From positions 119 to 64,118 of the forward strand of contig DATBLZ010000040.1 in assembly GCA_036555065.1 (NCBI GenBank): a stretch of 64,000 nt of DNA. The letters run 5' to 3'. The translations under genes were made by a program, and so were the position numbers. The notes under the pieces are model-generated. The model did not search any database, had not been told where the DNA came from, and saw only the letters and a program-made list of their open reading frames with translations. Position 1 is the first letter of the stretch. The number at the start of each line of letters is the position of its first letter. Source of the stretch: Gammaproteobacteria bacterium (lineage in GTDB: Bacteria; Pseudomonadota; Gammaproteobacteria; Steroidobacterales; Rariloculaceae). Positions 12,496 through 21,956 of this stretch are shown one piece after another.

Positions 12496-14331
12496 CTACT
12501 GCGACGAGAACACCGCGGTCGGAGGCGCAAGCAACGCTGGGCGGCCGTTGCGAAATTGCGCGAACGGCAAACCGCGCCTGATCTTGCCGAACGCGTCGAG
12601 CTCGAGCGCGCCTGAGAATCCCGCGACGGGCCAGGCGGCTCCGTCCTGCGCAAACAACGCGTCGACGAGCACGTAAGCATCGAAGCCCAAACCATAGAGA
12701 CGCAGCCACTGCTGCGCGCGCCGCGGCCAATGCGCCTGGAGCGCTTGCGTCAGCGCGGCTGCGCGGGCGTCGGGGCTCACGAGCAGCGGAACGTCCGGGA
12801 ACACGACGCCCTCGAGATCGGTATCGGTCGCGCGGTTCGTGGGCTCGTAAATCTCTGCGGTCGCGTAGGTCGGAATGTCGCCGGCGTAGTAGAAACGCAG
12901 ATTCGGCGCGAGCAAACGCCCCATCGGCGGGCTCGCCTGCACGAAGATCATGTCGATGTCCTGGCGCCGCCGCGCCTCGAAAGCGACGTCGACGCCGAGA
13001 TTCGCCTCGAGCCGACGATGGCGCTGCTCGCTGCGGGAGACGTTCAAGAGGTCGCGGATCGCGCCCGAGACGTCCTGAGCATCCGGAACATACCCCGCCG
13101 AGTTCAGCAGCTGCCCGCCGAGCGCCTCGAACTCCGTGCGAAACGTATTGAGAAGGCGATAGCCGCGCTCATCGCTTGCGACGATCGCGACCGCCGTCTT
13201 GTGGCCCGCAGCCACGGCCTGGTGCACGATCGCCGAGATCTCGTCTTCGGGAGCGAGGCCGAACTGGTAGAAATTCCCGAAACCCGGCGTCTCCGTTTGG
13301 GCCCAATTGAGACTCAGCGTGGGAACGAAGCCCCCTTGCTCGAGTACTGAATCGACTTCGTTGCGCAGCAACGGCCCGACGATGAACTCGGCGCCGTCGA
13401 GCTGCGCTTGCAAATAGGCGCTCGCAGCACCCAGCGCGCTCGTGTCGTAAACGCTGACGGTGGTTTCGCGCAGCGCCCGGGATTCGAGGTGCGCGGCCAT
13501 GAACCCGTCGCGGACGGCGAGGGCTTGGGTACGCTGCGGCGAATCGAGCGGGAGCAGCAATGCAATCTTGCTCGGCCGCGCGCCCGCGACTCGTTGCGTG
13601 CGCAACAGGTCCGCGAGCACGCCGGATGCCGCGGGATGGGCGAAGTAAACTCGGCGCCACTCGAGCAGCAGGCGGCGAAACTCGACGGGATCGGCTTGCG
13701 CGTTCGCGGCTGGGCTGAGCGCGAGCCAGCCGTCGACTATTTCATCGCCGGTCGGCTGCGACAACGGCGGCGGCACGAGAGAATCCCAAATGAGCCGCTG
13801 ATTCGCGAGAATCTCAGCGGAGCTCTCGAGCCACGCCTCGCGCTCGACGAGCGCAGCGATACCCTCGGCGTGACGGTTCAGCGCGAAGAAGGCGCGTGCG
13901 CGGGCTTCGCCTGCCGCGACGAGCACGGGCACCGTGATCGGCGCGCTGAGCCGGGCGAGCGTCTCAAGCGCACGCTCTGGGTTGCCTGCCGAGAGCGCGA
14001 TTCGCGCGTGCAACGTGAGGATCAAGTTTCGCTGTTCCTGGCTTGCGCCTGGAGCGGCCTCATCGAGCCAACGCTCGGCCGTCGCCGTCTCTTGGCGCGC
14101 GACGAGCAAGTCGGCGCCTTCGAGGAGGTAGTCGACGCGCTCACTGCCAGAGCTCGCGTCCGCGAGCTCGCGATAGAGCGTGACTGCCGCAGTGGAATCG
14201 CCCGCCTCGGCTGCTGCGCGCGCGCGAGCCTCGATAGCGGACTTGTCGATTGGCGTGGTCGTCGGCTGCGGCGCGCACGCAGCGAGCAACGAGGCGCCGA
14301 TCGCGAATACTATGTAGCTCGGAAATCTCAT
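12496..14331 (-). CDS. lpoA: Penicillin-binding protein activator LpoA (outer-membrane lipoprotein)
   Basis: Start MRFPSYIVFAIGASLLAAC (lipobox LAAC) at 14331. TPR-like N-terminal part plus a periplasmic-binding-protein-like C-terminal part. Divergent from rsmI, as in E. coli and Pseudomonas. Confidence 0.85.
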   Translation of the reverse strand: MRFPSYIVFAIGASLLAACAPQPTTTPIDKSAIEARARAAAEAGDSTAAVTLYRELADASSGSERVDYLLEGADLLVARQETATAERWLDEAAPGASQEQRNLILTLHARIALSAGNPERALETLARLSAPITVPVLVAAGEARARAFFALNRHAEGIAALVEREAWLESSAEILANQRLIWDSLVPPPLSQPTGDEIVDGWLALSPAANAQADPVEFRRLLLEWRRVYFAHPAASGVLADLLRTQRVAGARPSKIALLLPLDSPQRTQALAVRDGFMAAHLESRALRETTVSVYDTSALGAASAYLQAQLDGAEFIVGPLLRNEVDSVLEQGGFVPTLSLNWAQTETPGFGNFYQFGLAPEDEISAIVHQAVAAGHKTAVAIVASDERGYRLLNTFRTEFEALGGQLLNSAGYVPDAQDVSGAIRDLLNVSRSEQRHRRLEANLGVDVAFEARRRQDIDMIFVQASPPMGRLLAPNLRFYYAGDIPTYATAEIYEPTNRATDTDLEGVVFPDVPLLVSPDARAAALTQALQAHWPRRAQQWLRLYGLGFDAYVLVDALFAQDGAAWPVAGFSGALELDAFGKIRRGLPFAQFRNGRPALLAPPTAVFSSQ

Positions 14332-15193
14332 GGGTACACAGGCGAAATCGAGCGGAACGCTCTTCGTGGTTGCCACACCGATCGGCAATCTCGAGGACTT
14401 GAGTCCGCGTGCCCGCAGCACGCTGTGTGCAGTCGAGATCGTCGCAGCCGAGGATACAAGGCGCACGCGCGGATTGCTATCGAGTATCGGCGCAGAACCG
14501 CGAGTTTTGGCTTACCACGAGCACAACGAAGACGCGCGCACGGCAGAGCTCATCGAGCGGTTGCGCGGTGGCGCGGACATAGCGCTCGTCAGCGATGCTG
14601 GCACGCCGTTGATCAACGATCCCGGGTGGAGGCTCGTCGCGGCCGCGCTCGCCGCAGGTATCGAGGTCCGCGCCGTTCCGGGGCCGAGCGCCGTGCTCGC
14701 CGCGCTCGCCGTGAGCGGGTTGCCCACCGACCGTTATGCATTCGAGGGATTCTTGCCGCGCCGCGCCGAGCAGCGCGCCCTGCACTTACGCAGCTTGGCC
14801 CACGAGCCGCGCACGCTCGTGTTTTTCGAATCCGTGCATCGCCTCGCCGATGCGTTGCGCGCGCTCGCGGAAGAGCTCGGCGCGGACCGGCGCGCGGCGC
14901 TCGCGCGCGAGCTCACGAAGGTTCACGAAGAGGTCTACACGGGCTCGCTCGCGGAGCTCGGTGCTCGGCTCGGGCACTCGATCCCGCTCTTGGGGGAATT
15001 CGTGATCGTCGTGGCGGGTGCTACCGAGGACGCGCCTGTGGAAGCAGACGAGATACGGCGCGTTTACGCGCTGCTCCGCGCAGAGCTTCCGCCGGACAAG
15101 GCGACTGCGCTCACGGCGGGCATCACCGGTGCCTCGCGGAACACGGTCTATCGGCTCACGCGTATCGCGAGAGAGCCCGACCGAAGCGATTAG
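14330..15193 (+). CDS. rsmI: 16S rRNA (cytidine1402-2'-O)-methyltransferase RsmI
   Basis: 287-aa ORF with the N-terminal GTLFVVATPIGNLEDLSPRA motif typical of RsmI/tetrapyrrole-methylase-fold enzymes. Confidence 0.93.
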   Translation: MGTQAKSSGTLFVVATPIGNLEDLSPRARSTLCAVEIVAAEDTRRTRGLLSSIGAEPRVLAYHEHNEDARTAELIERLRGGADIALVSDAGTPLINDPGWRLVAAALAAGIEVRAVPGPSAVLAALAVSGLPTDRYAFEGFLPRRAEQRALHLRSLAHEPRTLVFFESVHRLADALRALAEELGADRRAALARELTKVHEEVYTGSLAELGARLGHSIPLLGEFVIVVAGATEDAPVEADEIRRVYALLRAELPPDKATALTAGITGASRNTVYRLTRIAREPDRSD

Positions 15194-15227
15194 GCAACGC
15201 TGCCGCCGCCGCGGTATTCTTGCCTGC

Positions 15228-15569
15228 AAGGAGTCGGCCGAGTGGCCGCCGGGGCAACCCGGAGGAAAGTCCGGGCTCCATTGGGCAGGGTGCCAGGTAA
15301 CGCCTGGGAGGCGTGAGCCTACGGACAGTGCAACAGAAAGATACCGCCGCGGTGCATAGCCGCGGTAAGGGTGAAATGGTGCGGTAAGAGCGCACCGCAC
15401 AACTGGCGACAGTTGCGGCACGGCAAACCCCACCCGGAGCAAGACCGAATAGGGGAACGCTCGAGTGTGCCCACACGAGTTCCCGGGTAGGTCGCTCGAG
15501 GCACGCGGTGACGCGTGCCCAAGAGGAATGGCCGCTCTCGACAGAACCCGGCTTATAGGCCGACTCCTT
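15228..15569 (+). ncRNA. rnpB: RNase P RNA, bacterial type A
   Basis: Universally conserved blocks GGAGGAAAGTCCGGGCTCCA, GGGTGCCAGGTAACGCCTGGG, GGTAAGGGTGAAA, GCGGTAAGAGCGCACCGC and ACAGAACCCGGCTTA. The P1 helix is formed by AAGGAGTCGGCC (15228-15239) and GGCCGACTCCTT (15558-15569). Same rsmI-rnpB-mraZ position as in Pseudomonas. Confidence 0.93.
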
Positions 15570-15622
15570 ACTCGACCTGTTCTAACTTACTGTCGGTACA
15601 AAAGAAATCGCGCTACGGCCGG

Positions 15623-15652
15623 TTGACAGCCGGGAGCCGCAGTCCCTATAGT
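15623..15652 (+). promoter_or_regulatory. Candidate sigma-70 promoter of the dcw cluster (Pmra)
   Basis: TTGACA (15623-15628), an 18-nt spacer, then TATAGT (15647-15652), about 50 nt upstream of the mraZ ATG. Confidence 0.55.
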
Positions 15653-15690
15653 GTGGGCCATAGTGGCCCAAAGTGGGATGAAGTGGATTT
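15651..15690 (+). promoter_or_regulatory. Candidate MraZ operator: four (A)GTGG(G) direct repeats at exact 10-bp phasing
   Basis: GTGGG 15653, GTGGC 15663, GTGGG 15673 and GTGGA 15683. This resembles the E. coli MraZ operator, which has TGGGN repeats with a 10-bp period just downstream of Pmra. Confidence 0.6.
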
Positions 15691-15702
15691 GGCGGCCCGC
15701 TT

Positions 15703-16158
15703 ATGTTCCGCGGTTTCTCAAAAGTCACCTTGGATGCCAAGGGACGACTGGCAATTCCGGCTCGGCACCGCGAGCGCATCATGGCGCGCGGAAACGGCGA
15801 GCTCGTCGTCACTCTCAACACCGCCGACTACTTGCTGATTTATCCGTTCCCCGACTGGGAGGAGATCGAACGCAAGCTGACTCGATTGCCGTCCTTTAAC
15901 AAAGAAGCCATGCGGCTCAGGGGACTCATGCTCGCGCATGCGACGGATCTCAGATTGGATGGACACGGGCGCGTCCTGTTGCCGAAGGAGCTGCGCGAAT
16001 ACGCAGGCCTCGAGCGCCAAGCTTTCTTGATTGGCCAGGGCAACACGCTGCAGCTCTGGGATGAAAAACGTTGGGACAAGCAGAGGGCTGACTGGCTCGC
16101 GAGCGAGAGCGGCGACGGGTCAGGACTGCCCGAAGAATTGCGCTCGCTGTCGCTCTAG
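15703..16158 (+). CDS. mraZ: Transcriptional regulator MraZ
   Basis: 151-aa ORF starting MFRGFSKVTLDAKGRLAIPARHRE, with a duplicated SpoVT/AbrB-like half. Confidence 0.95.
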   Translation: MFRGFSKVTLDAKGRLAIPARHRERIMARGNGELVVTLNTADYLLIYPFPDWEEIERKLTRLPSFNKEAMRLRGLMLAHATDLRLDGHGRVLLPKELREYAGLERQAFLIGQGNTLQLWDEKRWDKQRADWLASESGDGSGLPEELRSLSL

Positions 16159-16178
16159 CGCGTAGCGAGGGAAGGGCG

Positions 16179-17120
16179 ATGGTTGAGCATGAGCCCGTGC
16201 TCGTGGCGGAAGTGCTGGCGGGGTTGGCGTTGACGAGAGATGGTTGGTACGTCGATGCGACGTACGGACGCGGGGGGCACAGTACGGAAATACTCGCGCG
16301 GTTGGGGGACGACGGAAGGGTACTCGCGCTCGACAAGGATCCGGAGGCCGTGGCGGACGGCCGCAAACGTCTCGGCGCCGATGCGCGATTTCAAATCGTG
16401 CACGCAGGCTTCGAGGACCTAGGTGCCGTCGCCGGCGCCTGGCTCGGCTCGCGCCGCGCCCAAGGCGTGCTGCTCGATCTCGGCGTCTCGTCCCCGCAAT
16501 TGGATACATCCGAGCGCGGCTTCAGCTTCATGCGGCAGGGACCGCTCGATATGCGCATGGATTCGACCACAGGAATGACCGCCGCGGAGTGGCTCGCGCG
16601 AACGAGCGAAGCCGAGCTCGCGCGCGTGTTGCGCGATTACGGCGAGGAGCCGCGCGCGCGCAAGCTCGCGGCGGCTCTCGTTGCGGCGCGTCGGGAAAAA
16701 CCGATCGAGACAACCTTCGAGCTCGCGCGGCTCGTCGCGGAAGTAGCGCCGCGCAGCCAGGCGCGGATCCATCCCGCGACGCGCGTATTCCAGGCGCTGC
16801 GCATCGCCGTCAATCGCGAGCTCGAGGCGCTCGAGAAAGCGCTCGCTGCGAGCGTCGACATCCTTGCGAGCGGCGGCCGCCTCGCGGTGATCAGCTTTCA
16901 CTCGCTCGAGGACCGCATCGTTAAGCGATTCATAGCGCGCGAGGCGCGCGGCGATGAGCGCTACGCGGGATTGCCCGACGTGCCCGCGGACGCCGCGCCG
17001 CGTCTGACGCCGATCGGCCGGCTCGTCCGGCCGCAGGCCGCCGAGACGGCGCGCAACGCGCGGGCGCGCAGCGCTCGGCTGCGCGTCGCGGAGCGCCTCG
17101 AGCTGCGGATCGCTGCATGA
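16179..17120 (+). CDS. rsmH: 16S rRNA (cytosine1402-N4)-methyltransferase RsmH (MraW)
   Basis: 313-aa ORF with HEPVLVAEVL, DATYGRGGHS, DLGVSSPQLD and ISFHSLEDRIVK motifs. Confidence 0.95.
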   Translation: MVEHEPVLVAEVLAGLALTRDGWYVDATYGRGGHSTEILARLGDDGRVLALDKDPEAVADGRKRLGADARFQIVHAGFEDLGAVAGAWLGSRRAQGVLLDLGVSSPQLDTSERGFSFMRQGPLDMRMDSTTGMTAAEWLARTSEAELARVLRDYGEEPRARKLAAALVAARREKPIETTFELARLVAEVAPRSQARIHPATRVFQALRIAVNRELEALEKALAASVDILASGGRLAVISFHSLEDRIVKRFIAREARGDERYAGLPDVPADAAPRLTPIGRLVRPQAAETARNARARSARLRVAERLELRIAA

Positions 17121-17404
17121 GAACGCAAATACTCGAGCTCTGCGCGGCGCTGGCTTTTGCAGCGTCGGCGGTCGCATCGGGCGTTTGGATCGTCGCGGCG
17201 AAACAGGAATCGCGGCAGCTCTTCGCGGAGCTCCAAGAGCTCGAGCGCGAGCAGGACCGCCTGCAGATCGATTGGGGGCGATTGCAGATCGAGCAGAGCT
17301 GGCGGGCCGCGAACGCACAGATCGAGTCGCGGGCGCGTGCAGAGCTCGGGCTCGCCGAGCCGAGCGACACGCAAATGAAGATCGTCGTCGAGCCCCGTCC
17401 ATGA
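17117..17404 (+). CDS. ftsL: Cell division protein FtsL
   Basis: 95-aa bitopic protein (TM AALAFAASAVASGVWIVA) followed by a coiled coil. Located between rsmH and ftsI with ATGA overlaps on both sides. Confidence 0.85.
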   Translation: MRTQILELCAALAFAASAVASGVWIVAAKQESRQLFAELQELEREQDRLQIDWGRLQIEQSWRAANAQIESRARAELGLAEPSDTQMKIVVEPRP

Positions 17405-19122
17405 GAGATGCGCCGCGACCGAAGGTGCTGCACGCGCGCAATTGGCGAGGCACGGCGCTGCTCGGCGCCTTCGCGCTCGTGGCGATCACGCTCGAGGCGC
17501 GCGTGCTGCAGCTGCAGCTCATCGACCAAGAGTTTCTCGCGGCGCAAGGCGACGATCGGCACCTGCGGACCATAGAGATCTCGGCGTACCGCGGAACGAT
17601 CACGGACAGACACGGCGAACCGCTTGCCGTCAGCACACCCGTCGACAGCATCTGGGCGAACCCAAGCGAGCTCAAGGCGGAGCTCGGCCGCCTTCCGGAG
17701 CTTGCGCGCGTGCTCGAGGTGGACCCGGAGTGGCTCATGCGCCGCATCACGAGCAATCTCGATCGCGAATTCGTGTACCTCAAGCGCCATCTATCGCCCG
17801 CCGATGCCACGGACGTGCTGCGACTCGACATTCCGGGCATCGGCACGGCGCGCGAGTACCGCCGCTTTTACCCCTCGGGGGAAGTCGTCGGCCACGTGAT
17901 CGGCTTCACCGACATCGACGACCACGGGCAAGAAGGGCTCGAGCTCGCGTTCGATTATTGGTTGCGCGGCGAAGCCGGCAGCAAACGCGTGGTGCAGGAT
18001 CGGTACGGGCGCATCATCGGCGACGTCGAGCAAGTCAAAGCCGCGCAACCCGGCCGGACTTTACGCACGAGCCTCGACTTGCGCCTGCAATACCTCGCGT
18101 ACCGCGAGCTCAAGGCCGCGGTCAGCGAAATGCGCGCCCGCTCCGGATCAGTAGTCGTTCTCGACCCGCGCACGGGCGAGATTCTCGCGATGGTCAATCA
18201 GCCATCGTTCAACCCGAACAACCGCTCGTCGCGCGATCCCGCGTTCTACCGCAATCGCGCGGCGACCGACCCGTTCGAGCCCGGATCGAGCTTCAAGCCT
18301 TTCGTGCTCGCGGCCGCGCTCGAAAGCGGTCAAGTCACGCCCGATACGGTCATCGATACGGGGCCCGGATACTTGGCCGTCGGCGGGCGCTCCTTGACCG
18401 AGGATCCGGTGCATCTCGGGCGTATCTCGGTCACGGGCGTTCTCGCGAAGTCGAGCAACGTCGGCGCAGGACGCATCGCGCTTGCGATGGAGCCAGAGGC
18501 GATCGCGCGAGTTCTCCACGGGTTCGGCATCGGCCGCGTGACCGAGAACGGCTTCCCCGGCGAGTCCGCGGGCCGGCTCGACGATCCGCGGCATTGGCGG
18601 CAAGTAGGCCAAGCAACGCTCGCCTACGGCTACGGCCTTTCGGTGACGACTCTGCAGCTCGCGCGCGCCTACTCGGCGATCGCTGCGGGCGGCGTGCTGC
18701 GCCCGCTGTCGCTCGTCGCCGTCGACGCAGCTCCGGAAGGCGAGCGCGCGATCTCCGCCGCGACGGCGGACCAGCTCATCGAAATGATGCAAGCCGTCAT
18801 TTCGCCGCAGGGCACGGGCCAGCGCGCGGCGGTCAAGAATTTCTCGGTCGCCGGCAAGACGGGCACGGCATGGATCTCCTCCGCCGGCGCTTATACCAAT
18901 CGCTACACGGCCGTGTTCGGCGGCATCGTGCCCGCGAGCGACCCGCGGCTCGTGGCCGTCGTCGTCATCGCCGATCCGCAGGGCGCGCAGTACAACGGCG
19001 GCGGCGACGTCGCGGCTCCGGTGTTCGCGCGCATCGCGACTGGGGCGCTGCGCCTCCTGGCCGTGCCACCGGATCGGCCGCTCGAGCCGCCGCTGACGGT
19101 CGTCGCCAAGGCTGACCTATGA
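17401..19122 (+). CDS. ftsI: Peptidoglycan D,D-transpeptidase FtsI (PBP3)
   Basis: Start MRDAPRPKVL at 17401. Motifs SSFKP (SxxK), SSN and KTGT are present. Confidence 0.95.
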   Translation: MRDAPRPKVLHARNWRGTALLGAFALVAITLEARVLQLQLIDQEFLAAQGDDRHLRTIEISAYRGTITDRHGEPLAVSTPVDSIWANPSELKAELGRLPELARVLEVDPEWLMRRITSNLDREFVYLKRHLSPADATDVLRLDIPGIGTAREYRRFYPSGEVVGHVIGFTDIDDHGQEGLELAFDYWLRGEAGSKRVVQDRYGRIIGDVEQVKAAQPGRTLRTSLDLRLQYLAYRELKAAVSEMRARSGSVVVLDPRTGEILAMVNQPSFNPNNRSSRDPAFYRNRAATDPFEPGSSFKPFVLAAALESGQVTPDTVIDTGPGYLAVGGRSLTEDPVHLGRISVTGVLAKSSNVGAGRIALAMEPEAIARVLHGFGIGRVTENGFPGESAGRLDDPRHWRQVGQATLAYGYGLSVTTLQLARAYSAIAAGGVLRPLSLVAVDAAPEGERAISAATADQLIEMMQAVISPQGTGQRAAVKNFSVAGKTGTAWISSAGAYTNRYTAVFGGIVPASDPRLVAVVVIADPQGAQYNGGGDVAAPVFARIATGALRLLAVPPDRPLEPPLTVVAKADL

Positions 19123-20585
19123 TGGCTGCCGCGATCGCAGCGATGACGCTTGGCGAGCTCTTGGGTCCCGCGGCCGGGCTCCATTCGCGCCTCGCGATCA
19201 CTGACCTTGCGCTCGACGATCGGCAGGTGACTGCCGGCACGGCGTTCGTCGCCGTCGCCGGCGCCGAGAGCCACGGCTTGCAGTATGCGGATCGCGCCCG
19301 CGCCAACGGCGCCGCGGTCGTTCTGTACGAACCGAGTCCGGACTTTCCCATCGTCGCTGAGCCGTCCGTGGCGGTTCCTTCGCTCAAGCACCGACTCGGG
19401 GAGCTCGCGCGCGCGTTCTATGCGCGCGCATATGGTCAGCCTGCGCTCGCCGGCGTCACGGGCACGAACGGCAAGACGACCGTTGCCTATGTGCTCGCGC
19501 AAGCGCTGCAGCGTCGCGGAGCGGCTTGCGCGTACATCGGCACGCTCGGCTTCGGCGTGCCGCCGAATATCACGCCGCACGCGCTGACGACACCCGACTG
19601 CCTGACGCTGCACCGCGAGCTCGCGATGCTCAGAACGCCTTTCGGCGCTCTCGAGGTCTCCTCGCATGCGCTCGCGCAGGAGCGCGTCGCTGGGCTCGCG
19701 TTCGATACGGCGATGTTCACGAACTTGACGCGCGACCATCTGGATCATCACGGCGACATGGCGAGCTATGGGCGCGCCAAACAGCGCCTGTTCACGCGTC
19801 CGGAGATTCGCACGGCCGTGATCAATCGCGACGATGCGTACGCGGAGGTGCTGCTCGGGGTGCTGGCTCCCAAGGTTCGCGTGATCGGCACGAGCCTTGC
19901 GGGGATAGCCGGCGCCGAGCTCGCCGCGCGCTTCGTCGCGCGCGGGCTCGACGGCATGACGCTCGACATCGGAGGCGCGCTCGGCAAAGCCGTGCTCGAT
20001 TCGCGCTTGGTCGGCAAGTTCAACGCCGAGAATCTGCTCGGCGCGCTCGGCGCGCTCGTCGCTTGGGATGTGGCGCTCGAGGACGCTTGCGCGGCGCTCG
20101 CGGAATGCCGACCGCCGCCCGGACGAATGGAGATCTCGGGCGGCGGCCCTGTGCCGCACGTCGTCATCGACTATGCACACACGCCCGACGCGCTCGAGCG
20201 CGTGCTTGCGACGTTGCGCGAGCTCTCTGCAGGAGAGGTTTGGTGCGTGTTCGGTTGCGGCGGCGAGCGGGATCGTGGCAAGCGGCCGCTCATGGGCGGT
20301 ATCGCCGCGCGGTACGCGCACCATGTCGTGCTGACCGACGACAATCCGCGCAACGAAGACCCCGCTCTGATCGTCGCGGACATCCGCGCGGGGCTCGCCG
20401 GACACGCGAGCGTCGCCGTCGAGCACGCGCGCGAGCTCGCGATCGCGCGGGCGATTCGCGCAGCGCGCTCCGGTGACGTCGTGCTCGTCGCCGGTAAAGG
20501 GCACGAAACCGTACAGACCATCGGCAAAGAATCGCGTCCCTTCGACGACCGCGTTGCCGCGGCAGCTCTGTTGCGGAGGTCCTGA
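19119..20585 (+). CDS. murE: UDP-N-acetylmuramoyl-L-alanyl-D-glutamate--2,6-diaminopimelate ligase MurE
   Basis: 488-aa ORF with the Mur ligase P-loop GVTGTNGKTT and the DNPR motif (DDNPRNEDP) typical of mDAP-adding MurE. Confidence 0.95.
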   Translation: MMAAAIAAMTLGELLGPAAGLHSRLAITDLALDDRQVTAGTAFVAVAGAESHGLQYADRARANGAAVVLYEPSPDFPIVAEPSVAVPSLKHRLGELARAFYARAYGQPALAGVTGTNGKTTVAYVLAQALQRRGAACAYIGTLGFGVPPNITPHALTTPDCLTLHRELAMLRTPFGALEVSSHALAQERVAGLAFDTAMFTNLTRDHLDHHGDMASYGRAKQRLFTRPEIRTAVINRDDAYAEVLLGVLAPKVRVIGTSLAGIAGAELAARFVARGLDGMTLDIGGALGKAVLDSRLVGKFNAENLLGALGALVAWDVALEDACAALAECRPPPGRMEISGGGPVPHVVIDYAHTPDALERVLATLRELSAGEVWCVFGCGGERDRGKRPLMGGIAARYAHHVVLTDDNPRNEDPALIVADIRAGLAGHASVAVEHARELAIARAIRAARSGDVVLVAGKGHETVQTIGKESRPFDDRVAAAALLRRS

Positions 20586-21956
20586 GTGATGACGCGGAGC
20601 ATGGCTTCGGTGGCGCTCGCGGTCGACGGCCGGTTAACGGGCCGCGACGCCGCCTTCGGCGCCGTGACGACGGACACGCGCGCGCTTAGGCATGGTGCCC
20701 TGTTCGTCGCGATCCGCGGCGAGCGTTTCGACGGCAACGATTTCATCGCCGAGGCGCATGCGAAAGGCGCGGCCGGCGCGCTCGTTTCGCGGCTCGCGCA
20801 ATCGGCGCTGCCGCAAGTCGAGGTCGCCGATACGCGCCGCGCGTTCGGCGTCATGGCGCGCGCGTGGCGGCGCAATTTCGCCGTTCCCGTCGTCGCCGTC
20901 ACGGGCAGCGCGGGGAAGACGACGGTCAAGCAGCTCATCGCCGAGATCCTCGGCGTGCGCAGGCGCGTCTGCGTCACGCAAGGGAATCTCAACAACGATA
21001 TCGGCGTGCCGCTGACGCTCATGCGCCTGACGGCCGAGGATGCCGCGCTCGTCGTCGAGCTCGGCGCCAACCATGCTGGCGAGATCGCGTATCTAGCGAG
21101 TCTCGTCGAGCCTACGGTCGGCGTCGTTACGAACGCGGGGCCGGCTCATCTCGAGGGGTTCGGCTCGCTCGCGGGCGTTGCGGCGGCAAAAGGCGAGCTC
21201 TTCGATCACCTGCCGCGCGCAGGCACGTCCGTGATCAATGCCGATGATCCGTTCTGCGTCGAGTGGCGCACGCGCACGCGCACGGAGTTCGTCGCGACTT
21301 TCGGCCTCAGCGCCGATGCGGATTGCCGCGTGATCGGCGCGCCGCGGCTCGAGGCCTTACAAACGAGGTTCACCCTGCGGCTGCCGGACGGCGAGACCGT
21401 CGACGTGGTTCTGCCGCTGCTCGGCCTCAAGAACGTCGTCAACGCACTCGCCGCAGCTGCAGCCGCGCACGCCGTCGGTGCCTCTGCCGAGGACGTTCGC
21501 ATTGGGCTTGCGCGCGCCGAAGCCGTGCGTGGGCGGCTGAATGCGCTCGCCGGCATCGCCCGCTCGACGGTCATCGACGACAGCTACAACGCGAACCCCG
21601 CGTCCGTGCGCGCCGCGCTCGATTACCTCGGGCGGCTCCCCGGACGGCGCATCTTCGTCCTCGGCGATATGGCCGAGCTTGGGCCCGAAGCCGCCGAGCT
21701 CCATCGCGAGATCGGCGCGTACGCGCGGTCGCGCTGCGATGCGTTATTCAGCATCGGCGCGCTCGCGCGCCATGCCGCGAGCACTTACGGAGCGGGCGCA
21801 CGGAGCTTCGCGGACTTGAGTCAGCTCGAAACGGCGCTCAAGCCCGAGCTCGACGCCGAGGTCACGGTGCTCGTGAAAGGCTCGCGCGTCATGGGCCTCG
21901 AGCGGCTCGTGCGCGCGCTCGTGCCGCCGCCGACTAAGGGTGGCGCAGCATGCTGA
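20586..21956 (+). CDS. murF: UDP-N-acetylmuramoyl-tripeptide--D-alanyl-D-alanine ligase MurF
   Basis: 456-aa ORF (GTG 20586 or ATG 20589) with [11 protein letters not shown] and DDSYNANP motifs. Confidence 0.95.
   Translation: MMTRSMASVALAVDGRLTGRDAAFGAVTTDTRALRHGALFVAIRGERFDGNDFIAEAHAKGAAGALVSRLAQSALPQVEVADTRRAFGVMARAWRRNFAVPVVAVTGSAGKTTVKQLIAEILGVRRRVCVTQGNLNNDIGVPLTLMRLTAEDAALVVELGANHAGEIAYLASLVEPTVGVVTNAGPAHLEGFGSLAGVAAAKGELFDHLPRAGTSVINADDPFCVEWRTRTRTEFVATFGLSADADCRVIGAPRLEALQTRFTLRLPDGETVDVVLPLLGLKNVVNALAAAAAAHAVGASAEDVRIGLARAEAVRGRLNALAGIARSTVIDDSYNANPASVRAALDYLGRLPGRRIFVLGDMAELGPEAAELHREIGAYARSRCDALFSIGALARHAASTYGAGARSFADLSQLETALKPELDAEVTVLVKGSRVMGLERLVRALVPPPTKGGAAC

Noticed and set aside
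13408-15300. 630-aa ORF spanning lpoA (antisense), rsmI (other frame) and part of rnpB
   Set aside because: The translation is an Arg/Ala/Gly-rich run with no domain-like sequence, and it crosses three independently supported features.
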